Source of the DNA: a virus
Taxonomy: Duplodnaviria > Caudoviricetes
Virus record (IMG/VR): IMGVR_UViG_3300048855_000167
Coordinates: 1-64,000 of that record
Direction: 5' to 3' (one strand)
DNA: 64,000 nt
The translations under genes were made by a program, and so were the position numbers. This document shows positions 26,614 to 33,592 of the stretch, piece by piece. Under the pieces are notes generated by a model. It did not search any database and was not told the DNA's origin. It saw nothing but the letters and a program-made list of their open reading frames with translations. Position 1 is the first letter of the stretch; each line of letters opens with the position of its first letter.

Positions 26614-27613
26614 GCGTCACGTCCTGGTTCCGCACTGCCCAATCCGTGAAGGTTTGGGTGTGCGAAAGCCCTGCGTCACGGCGGACAGCGTCGACCGCGA
26701 ACATGATCTCGAACTCACGGGCGGGGATGCGTCGGATGTAGGCCATGCCGTTCTCGAACGTCTTGGCATCGACGCGCCGGCCGAGCGCCGCCGAGATTGC
26801 GAACCGTGCCGAAGGATCTTCGGGAAGCGGCGCGCTGTTCGGGTTGGCAAGAACCAGGTCCAGCGAGGGGAGCTTCTGGTAAACCCGAATGAAGCCTTCC
26901 AGCTCGCCGGCCGCACCGTCGCCGACGACGCCCGAGATCAGCGACAGGCGACGTGCCGAGTCCTTCTCGATGTATTTGGCCGCTTGCTCCCATGACCGCG
27001 GCGTCGGGAATGCACGGTCGTCGGACGACTCCGGCATCTTGTGGATGAGGTGCGGCCGGAAGCGGAGGAAGGCAATCATGATCGGGTCCATGCCGATCTT
27101 GTTGAAGTGCTCGACATGCACGTTGTCGTGGCCGGCGCTGGTGTCGGCCTCGATATCAATGTGAGCGAAGCGGTTGGCGAGTGCGGTCGGCATGCGCTGT
27201 GCTGCTGCGCGGTCCGATTGACGATTGCCGGCGGCAACCACGCGCCAGCCATCGGGCAGCTTGTAGTCGCCGACCCTGCGATCGAGGACCAGGCCGAACA
27301 TGGCGGCCATCATGGACGGCGGTGCGGCGTTGAGCTCGTCGAGGAAGAGGATGCCTTCCGGACCGTCGCGCTCCACCTGCGGAAACTCGTCGGGCACCTT
27401 CCATTTCGTGGTGTCGCCGGAGATATCGGGAAGGCCCATGAGGGCAACCGAGTCACGGGTGGAAGCGCGGAAGTCGATCAGGCCCCACTTGCGTTCCGTC
27501 TTGATCTGCACGGTGATTGCGGACTTGCCGACGCCGGGCGGCCCCCACATAAACGCTGGGGTATCTTCGTCGAGGTAGTCGTTCAGATTAAGAGCGGCTG
27601 TCTTAATGTGCAT
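26606..27613 (-). CDS. MoxR/dynein-related AAA+ ATPase
   Basis: WGPPGVGKS, LFLDELNAA, VAAGNR, ALANRFAH, TPRSWE. Confidence 0.92.
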   Translation of the reverse strand: MHIKTAALNLNDYLDEDTPAFMWGPPGVGKSAITVQIKTERKWGLIDFRASTRDSVALMGLPDISGDTTKWKVPDEFPQVERDGPEGILFLDELNAAPPSMMAAMFGLVLDRRVGDYKLPDGWRVVAAGNRQSDRAAAQRMPTALANRFAHIDIEADTSAGHDNVHVEHFNKIGMDPIMIAFLRFRPHLIHKMPESSDDRAFPTPRSWEQAAKYIEKDSARRLSLISGVVGDGAAGELEGFIRVYQKLPSLDLVLANPNSAPLPEDPSARFAISAALGRRVDAKTFENGMAYIRRIPAREFEIMFAVDAVRRDAGLSHTQTFTDWAVRNQDVTLG

Positions 27614-27981
27614 TGGTCGTCTCCTTGTGTGCCATGAGTGGCGATGGTGGGAGTGATGCCGAACCGCACCTGAGTGACGGCGGCGATGTCTAGGGGCAGA
27701 AGCAGCGTGAGCGCTGCATCGGCCAGTTTTTCGCGAGGGAAGCGAGGGAAGCTTTCGCTCGGGTAGGCTGACAGGTCAGAGGGGATGCGGTAGTCGCTGA
27801 AGGGGGCGCCGGGCTTGTTGACCGGGCGACGTCTCGCCTTCAGTTCCTTGTCGTGCTTCCAGAGACCCATTTCATAGCGGTCGATGCCTGCGCCATCGTC
27901 AAGGACGAAGGCAAACCAGAACTTCAGCCGCAATCCTGTCACCTGCCTGGCATAGGGGCCGATCAGGAGTCCGGTGGGCAT
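27583..27981 (-). CDS. Hypothetical protein
   Basis: Start MPTG directly after upstream stop; alternative start 28002. Confidence 0.55.
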   Translation of the reverse strand: MPTGLLIGPYARQVTGLRLKFWFAFVLDDGAGIDRYEMGLWKHDKELKARRRPVNKPGAPFSDYRIPSDLSAYPSESFPRFPREKLADAALTLLLPLDIAAVTQVRFGITPTIATHGTQGDDQCTLRQPLLI

Positions 27982-27982
27982 G

Positions 27983-28345
27983 TCATTTCCAAATGATCTC
28001 ATCCGGGAAGAGGACGGCCGGGCCGCAAATGGGCGGCAGTTCCTCGGGGTCCATCGCTGGGCGCTGGGTCATCATGTTGTTCCGGTAGATCTCGGTCGCC
28101 CTCACGTTTCGGATGTGGCGTTCGTTGATGTTGCTGGTCTCACCGACGAACATGTCGCGGCGCTCGCCTTCGTAGAGGACGGCAACGTGCTCGACGGGCT
28201 CGTCAAACGTGTCCGGCAGGACGCGCTTGATCCAGTCGGAGATTGTCTCTCTGGTGAAGCGTGGCTCCATTTTGCGCTCTTTCGTCTCACCGAGCGCCGG
28301 GATGATCAAAGCCCGGGCAGACGTTCCTGTTCTGAGGCCGGTCAA
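27983..28345 (-). CDS. Hypothetical protein
   Basis: TTG after AAAGGAGA SD; RDMFVGE...NVRATEIY...ICGPAVLF. Confidence 0.6.
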   Translation of the reverse strand: MTGLRTGTSARALIIPALGETKERKMEPRFTRETISDWIKRVLPDTFDEPVEHVAVLYEGERRDMFVGETSNINERHIRNVRATEIYRNNMMTQRPAMDPEELPPICGPAVLFPDEIIWK

Positions 28346-28371
28346 TGGGCTCTCCTTTGTGTGATTGCGAG

Positions 28372-28411
28372 AAAAAGGGCGCCTCCGATATCTCATTTCC
28401 GGAAGCGCCCT
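28372..28411 (-). terminator. Intrinsic terminator inside the island
   Basis: Minus strand AGGGCGCTTCCG-loop-CGGAGGCGCCCT then TTTT. Confidence 0.65.
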
Positions 28412-28519
28412 CGTTGCGGCGTTACTAGTGGACTACATGCGCGCCCTCCGTTCGTTATTGACATTCAGGGTGAGCACCCCTGCCTTCCGGTCTCCACACC
28501 TACCGGGCAGGGATCGGGG

Positions 28520-29416
28520 TTAGGCGAGGAAGTCGGACACGGAGTCCAGAATGCGTTGCGCCTCGGCCGCGGTGTCCTTGCGGATGGCAGCGTCTTCCTT
28601 CAGGGCGGCGGCATCGTATTTCGTGAGCGCCTTCAGCCGCCGGCCCAAGGCGTCCAGCTCGGGCGAGCCGACGATGTTGAGCGACGGCATGACGCTAATC
28701 AGATCGGCGATGTTCTCGACGAGGCTGGAGCGGAAACCGCCGGTTCGTTCGCCGGGGGTGAAGCTGTTGAGGCGGTCGACCATGCGCTCGGTGAGTGTGG
28801 CAATGCGCTGATAGACGTCTCGGACCGCGTTCTCGGTCGCCTTCTGCAGCTGCTCCTCGATGTCGGCCCGGATGAGCGCGGCGTGCGCCTCCGACATGTC
28901 GACGCGGAAATCGGCGGACGAGGGCACCGGCAGGACCGAATAAACGATGCCGAACTTTTCCCGGATCTCGTTGCTGGTCGGGTAGTCGGCGGCCTTGAAC
29001 AGCTTGCCCATGCGCTTTTGCGCGTCGGTGACGTGCTGGTCGAAGTGGTTCACCAGCTTGTCCACCTCGCGCTGAAACTTGGCGGACTGGACGCGCATCC
29101 ACGCGGTGAAGGGGAGATAGCCGTCGGCGCTGATGATGCGGCCGCCGTCGTTGAGCCACGGCAGGGTGCGCTCATAGAAGCCGTTGCGCGTCTCGCTGAC
29201 GAGCGTCTGAATACCGGCGAGCGCTTCCTTGCTCACCAGCAGCTTGTTAACGCGGGAGGCGTCGGACGCGGCGTTGTGGGAGTCGTTGAGCTCCTGCGTC
29301 ACCTGACGGTCGAGGCGGCGGCCGGACCACTGCGAAATCGTCACGCTGACGATCATCGCGCGGCTGGCGAGGGTGGAGGTGGAGGCAGAGAGGGTAGCTG
29401 GGGTCATGGAATTCAC
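28520..29416 (-). CDS. DUF3150-like helical protein
   Basis: VSVTISQWSGRR, TLPW, YPTSNEIREKF, FRSSLVENI. Confidence 0.65.
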   Translation of the reverse strand: MNSMTPATLSASTSTLASRAMIVSVTISQWSGRRLDRQVTQELNDSHNAASDASRVNKLLVSKEALAGIQTLVSETRNGFYERTLPWLNDGGRIISADGYLPFTAWMRVQSAKFQREVDKLVNHFDQHVTDAQKRMGKLFKAADYPTSNEIREKFGIVYSVLPVPSSADFRVDMSEAHAALIRADIEEQLQKATENAVRDVYQRIATLTERMVDRLNSFTPGERTGGFRSSLVENIADLISVMPSLNIVGSPELDALGRRLKALTKYDAAALKEDAAIRKDTAAEAQRILDSVSDFLA

Positions 29417-29455
29417 GTTCAGTCTCCTTTGGTTGCCATTATTGGCGGGGCTGGA

Positions 29456-29644
29456 TCAGTCTTTGACCTGGAGGATTGACTCGATTTGCTCGTCCTCCGG
29501 GTCGCTCTCCTCCCATTCGATTCCGTTGACATGGCGGAAGCCTTTGGCGACCTGGAACCGGGCCGCTTCCATGCTTTCGTCTTCGATGGTGAGTTCTGCT
29601 GTCAGGTGGCGGATGGCGCGCACCTGCACGATAAAGGTGGGCAT
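29456..29644 (-). CDS. Small hypothetical protein
   Basis: MPTFIVQVRAIRH with GGAGA SD and island hairpin motif. Confidence 0.65.
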   Translation of the reverse strand: MPTFIVQVRAIRHLTAELTIEDESMEAARFQVAKGFRHVNGIEWEESDPEDEQIESILQVKD

Positions 29645-29714
29645 TGTCGTCTCCATGGGTGCCATAGTTGGCGGGGAAAGAAGGAACCTACACGGTAGGC
29701 TGCGAGGGGAGAAG

Positions 29715-30026
29715 TCACGGGGCGAAGGCGATGGCGCGCGCGGCGTCAATCTCCTCGCGTCGGCGCATGAACGAATCCCAACGGCCGATCATGTCCAAAT
29801 CGGCATGGCTGTACCATGTGCGGCCGTCGGCGAGCTTCGTTGCTTTCGCCAATACGCCGGCGGCCGTTATCACGCCGTCAAGCTCACCCGAGGGCTTGAA
29901 GATCTTCACTTCCTTGCCGTGCACCTCGTAATAACCGGACGCGGTGCCATCGGGATTGAACAGGGTGTCCACCACGGCGCGCTTGCCGCGCACGAAGGTG
30001 CGGCCGTTAAGCTGGAACGACGTCAT
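29715..30026 (-). CDS. Hypothetical protein
   Basis: MTSFQLNGRTFVRGK. Confidence 0.6.
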   Translation of the reverse strand: MTSFQLNGRTFVRGKRAVVDTLFNPDGTASGYYEVHGKEVKIFKPSGELDGVITAAGVLAKATKLADGRTWYSHADLDMIGRWDSFMRRREEIDAARAIAFAP

Positions 30027-30240
30027 GACCGGGCTCCCACAGGATTTGCAAAACCTCCTCCAGATCCTCGACGTGAGGCGGGAGGCGGACGGCGCGCAGC
30101 TCATGCAGCGTGATGCCGGCGAGCGTGGCGCGGGCATGCATCTGTTGCGCGCACTCGACGGCCGCGGGGCCGTTCGGGAATGGCAGCGATAACGGGACGA
30201 AGTCGCACCAGATGACGGCGAAAATCTCACCTTTGTCCAT
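30007..30240 (-). CDS. Hypothetical protein
   Basis: 77 aa, GAGGA SD. Confidence 0.5.
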   Translation of the reverse strand: MDKGEIFAVIWCDFVPLSLPFPNGPAAVECAQQMHARATLAGITLHELRAVRLPPHVEDLEEVLQILWEPGHDVVPA

Positions 30241-30247
30241 TTAGTCC

Positions 30248-30568
30248 TCACAGGCTTATGCGGATCGACACGGAGAAATCCACCGGAGCGATTTGCGGTG
30301 GCGGGCGGTAGATCGGCGCGGGTTTCGGTTTAGGCGCGCGTTTGGCGGCCTTGACGGGATTCGGGCGCGGCAACGGTGCCGGGCCAGCGATGGGCGGTTC
30401 TGCGAACAGCTCCGGTGCTGGCGCTGGCGGAGCAACAACGGGTGCCAGCGCCACAGGGGCGGGCGCTGGAACGGGTGCGGGCTTGCTGTTGGAGATTATG
30501 CCTGTGGCGCCTTGGAAGAGCACGAGGGCGACGGTCGCAAGCGTGGGGAAGCCGCCAGCGTGACTCAT
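30248..30568 (-). CDS. Membrane-anchored Pro/Ala-rich protein
   Basis: Hydrophobic TLATVALVLF then PAPVPAPAPVALAP repeats; ATGA-coupled. Confidence 0.55.
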   Translation of the reverse strand: MSHAGGFPTLATVALVLFQGATGIISNSKPAPVPAPAPVALAPVVAPPAPAPELFAEPPIAGPAPLPRPNPVKAAKRAPKPKPAPIYRPPPQIAPVDFSVSIRISL

Positions 30569-30798
30569 GCGGCGGTTCGCTCGCGGGACGGCAGGAAGAT
30601 CTCCCACGCTTCCCGGGTCGACAGATAGCGCTCATAGGCGCCACGAAGCGCGGTGCCTGGCTCGCCATGGGCGCGCGGGGTATAGCGGACGTCGCCAGCC
30701 CACTCGCGCGGGAAGGTGCGGCGGATCTCGTCCATCCATTCCTCATCGGCGGCGAGGTGCGCGGCGTAGGCGGCAGCCATGGGGGTGATGTCAGGCAT
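30565..30798 (-). CDS. Hypothetical protein
   Basis: 77 aa, coupled. Confidence 0.6.
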   Translation of the reverse strand: MPDITPMAAAYAAHLAADEEWMDEIRRTFPREWAGDVRYTPRAHGEPGTALRGAYERYLSTREAWEIFLPSRERTAA

Positions 30799-30949
30799 TT
30801 CGGATCTCCTCTCGTGCTTCGCGCAGAATGCGCCAGACGTCCTCTTTCACCTCTGAATTGGTGGGCTCGCGGCCGAGGCGGGCGGTAAGGCGGTTCCAGA
30901 TTGTGTTTTGGTTGTCATTCCGGAACGTGATGCTGACAGTGATCGGCAT
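30791..30949 (-). CDS. Small hypothetical protein (52 aa, not in ORF track)
   Basis: MPITVSITFRNDNQNTIWNRLTARLGREPTNSEVKEDVWRILREAREEIRNA; CAGGAGA SD plus hairpin motif. Confidence 0.7.
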   Translation of the reverse strand: MPITVSITFRNDNQNTIWNRLTARLGREPTNSEVKEDVWRILREAREEIRNA

Positions 30950-31122
30950 GGGATCTCCTGTTTGCATGATTGCGGGGTGTCGCGCGGCGCTGATATCGGG
31001 GGCAGGCAGCGGCGCGCATGGTCCTGCCGGTGGAATGTGAGCGGGCTTTAACGGTTCCCGCGCATGCGTTGCCTCCGTTATGCGGTTGATCGGCGGGCGG
31101 TGGATGACGTGTGAAAACCCAC

Positions 31123-31209
31123 CTATGGAGGCGGATCTTCAGGTTCGGGCAGTAAGGGCGCGGCCAAGGCGGCGGACATGGTGAACAGGAACGCGCGGCG
31201 GGTCATCAT
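31123..31209 (-). CDS. 28-aa peptide resembling an isolated Tat signal peptide
   Basis: MMTRRAFLFTMSAALAAPLLPEPEDPPP; ATGA overlap with a 30-aa hydrophobic ORF (31206-31298). Confidence 0.35.
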   Translation of the reverse strand: MMTRRAFLFTMSAALAAPLLPEPEDPPP

Positions 31210-31300
31210 GTGGGCTTAATCGCTTCCAGATATTCGACCCAGCGAAGCGCGACGACCCATAGGGCGAGGATGAGCGCGGCGCCCTTTCGTAGAGACATGG

Positions 31301-31324
31301 AAAAGGGGAGGCTAATGCCTCCCC
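31301..31324 (-). terminator. Intrinsic terminator
   Basis: Minus strand GGGGAGGC-ATTA-GCCTCCCC then TTTT. Confidence 0.75.
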
Positions 31325-31353
31325 CCATCGATTACGGACCAACCGCGTATCTG

Positions 31354-31923
31354 TCAGGCGGCAATGTCCATTTCCGCCTGCTCCGGTGCGGCCGCCGGTG
31401 CCGTCTTGACGGCCTTCGCCTTGGCAGGCTTTTCCACCTTGACCGGTGCGACGACAACGTTCGGCGTCTTAGCCAGCGTCAAGGCACCCTTGACCGCCTG
31501 CAGAACGCGAGGAGACGCACCCTTTTCCGTCAGGGTCGAGACCACTTTTTCCAGATAGGCGACTTCATCGAATTCCTTTTCGGACGTCGCCTTGCCTGCC
31601 GAGCGTTCATAGTTGGCAGGTGCGATTTCCATCGCCTCATCCATCTTGGAAGCCTTCCCCTTAACGTAGGTGAAGACACTGGTTGCCTTGTCAAACGAGA
31701 CCTTGCCGAAAGCCGTCGACCACGAAACGAGACCCTTGCGGTAGTTGACCGGAGTCACCGCATAAAGCGCGTTGAGGTATTTCGGATCGTTGTGCAATTC
31801 GACATGGTTGAGTGCCGAATATGCAAGCTGATGCTCGCGCTCCGAAAAGGTCGAAACGACCTTGCCGAAACCGTTGATTGCCGAATTGAGCTTGGAACCA
31901 GTGAGAACAACGAACTTAGCCAT
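31354..31923 (-). CDS. Hypothetical early phage protein
   Basis: MAKFVVLTGSKLNSAING; GGAGA SD plus hairpin motif; Ala/Lys-rich tail. Confidence 0.8.
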   Translation of the reverse strand: MAKFVVLTGSKLNSAINGFGKVVSTFSEREHQLAYSALNHVELHNDPKYLNALYAVTPVNYRKGLVSWSTAFGKVSFDKATSVFTYVKGKASKMDEAMEIAPANYERSAGKATSEKEFDEVAYLEKVVSTLTEKGASPRVLQAVKGALTLAKTPNVVVAPVKVEKPAKAKAVKTAPAAAPEQAEMDIAA

Positions 31924-32012
31924 AACCATTTCTCCATTTGTGCCATGATTGGCGGGTTTGAAGCGATTGCTTCACTAAAGGCATGCCGTTGGACATGCCC
32001 TTAAAGCTGCAA

Positions 32013-32189
32013 TCACAAGGCCATTGCGGCCTCATCTTTCCGACGTTCAATTTCCTTCCGGTGAGACCGTGCCGTTTCTTCCGCCGTGATCGATCCGGCT
32101 AAATTACCGTTTCGAAGGTGAGAAGCCGCACGACGTTCCATGTAAGCCGCAAGGTTTTCCAACGCCTGAATTGCCCGTAGTTCTTCCAT
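32013..32189 (-). CDS. Small helical protein, first ORF of the island
   Basis: MEELRAIQALENL after GGAGGGG SD. Confidence 0.55.
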   Translation of the reverse strand: MEELRAIQALENLAAYMERRAASHLRNGNLAGSITAEETARSHRKEIERRKDEAAMAL

Positions 32190-32243
32190 CTCGTTCGCCC
32201 CTCCACTGAAAGAGCAAGGCCGTTCGCCTTGCCGTCGCAATGG

Positions 32244-32700
32244 AAAAGGCCCGCCAGATTGAGACCGGCAGGCCCTTAGAAACTTTGATGTTTCGGTTAT
32301 TCGGTTGTTTGTTCTCTGAAATCCCGTGCCTGTATCGGTTGAGGGTTGCAGCACTGAAGGCATATTGCCTTTGCCAGAGTTGACGCCTTGAACCATGTTT
32401 CCATGGCCTAGCTCTCATCCGATGCAAGTGTTTTCAATCCGCACCTTGCCGCGCGTTCTTCGCCTAACCCGCGCTTTGTCATGAGCGGTAAACCGTCGCC
32501 GGTTTGCGTTGCCTGATTCGTGACCGCGTTTCTCGTTCGCCCAAGCTTTCTTTCAATCGCCAGAAACCACACGAACGAGTGTTCGTCACGTCTCTGGTAC
32601 ACCTGCCGAAAGCTTGGCAAGAAACCGTCATCTTGTTTTCAAAGAACCCGGCGAACCGCCTAACCGGCTTGCCGTCCCGAATGCTTTTCTTCATTCGGTA
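32244..32700 (-). ncRNA. Candidate structured leader or non-coding RNA (about 460 nt) ending in a terminator-like hairpin
   Basis: Nested helices; UUCG, GCGA and GAAA tetraloops; G-U pairs read on minus strand; terminator-like stem at 32244-32274. Confidence 0.55.
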
Positions 32701-32710
32701 TGAACAAGAT

Positions 32711-32725
32711 AATACGTTTCGTATT
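32711..32725. promoter_or_regulatory. Perfect repressor operator at the island promoter
   Basis: AATACGtttCGTATT; context CAATACG-N3-CGTATTATCT same as pL; half site at 32797-32811. Confidence 0.75.
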
Positions 32726-33154
32726 GAGTAAAAGCCCTAAATTACGAAAAACATGCCGAAACCGGATATCATATTGAAAACATTGGAAAAGAAAAATTGC
32801 TGAAACGTATTGCTTCCTGTTCACAGCTGCCAAAAGTAGACCAGTTTTTCAGCCGATATCCGCAAAATTTACCCAATTAAATCAGCGTCTTAGACGAGGA
32901 AAATAGGGTGTCGAGCCGTCCTCCGGTTTGAGGCATGCCAAAAAAGCCAGCAAAACCAATAGGGCGTTCGCCTGGTAGCGAGCCTATACGACGCGAATAA
33001 ACAGCACTCGAAAGGGGCAGGGGGAGGCAAGGGAACGAGAAAGAGCCCCGCTTGCGTGTTAACAGTGCTGCGAGTCACACAAGCTTCCAGAACGTCGGAT
33101 TGCGTCCTGAGTGATCCGGCTTCCAGCTTCCCCCCTTCCATCACCAGCACGCTA

Positions 33155-33423
33155 GGCAGCACCCGCCGCGCATATCCTTCCAAGCCGGGTTAGCGCCATT
33201 CCGCGCACCGTCACCGCTACGCCGCGACCGCTTCACCGCGACCACGCAAGCAAGCGAACCATTGACGCAAGGCAGGTGGAAGGGGGAGGGGCAAGCCCCC
33301 GGAGGGGGAAGGGGCAAGGCACCCGCCACCATGCCAGCGCGTCACCTGCCGGCCTGCCAAGCCGCACCCTTGGCACTCGCCCCCCGGCAGCACCCGCCGC
33401 GACCATAGGCAGACAAGCACCCG
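33155..33423 (+). repeat. GCACCCG direct repeats
   Basis: GGCAGCACCCGCCGCG at 33155 and 33385; partial copies at 33318 and 33417. Confidence 0.5.
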
Positions 33424-33474
33424 TGCCGGGCATTAATTCAATGATATCAATGCGCTAGACACCCCCGCCGGGCT

Positions 33475-33508
33475 AGGTTCTTCCGAGGGGGAGGGGGCGA
33501 CCGCGGGT
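33475..33508 (+). other. Putative lambda-like cos site
   Basis: AGGTTCTTCC...GGGGGCGACCGCGGGT resembles lambda cosQ/cosN; upstream of Nu1/gpA-type terminase. Confidence 0.5.
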
Positions 33509-33592
33509 CGGCGGCAGCGCAGCCTTTGAGCGTTTTTGTTATTTCGAAATTCGCCCTTCCGATTCCCGTTTTTCCAGCGAGAGGAAGCGATC

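Noticed and set aside
31048-31065. MRGNR mini-ORF with a good SD
   Set aside because: Five codons; cannot distinguish a leader peptide from a decayed gene or chance
32189-32396. In-frame N-terminal extension of the first island ORF into the leader
   Set aside because: No SD at 32396, spans a terminator-like hairpin, and a strong SD precedes 32189; kept only as a caveat to the ncRNA call
32700-33500. CtrA boxes (TTAA-N7-TTAA) or a replication origin in the AT-rich tract
   Set aside because: TTAA half-sites lack correct spacing and no iteron array was seen; A-tracts are adequately explained as promoter-upstream elements
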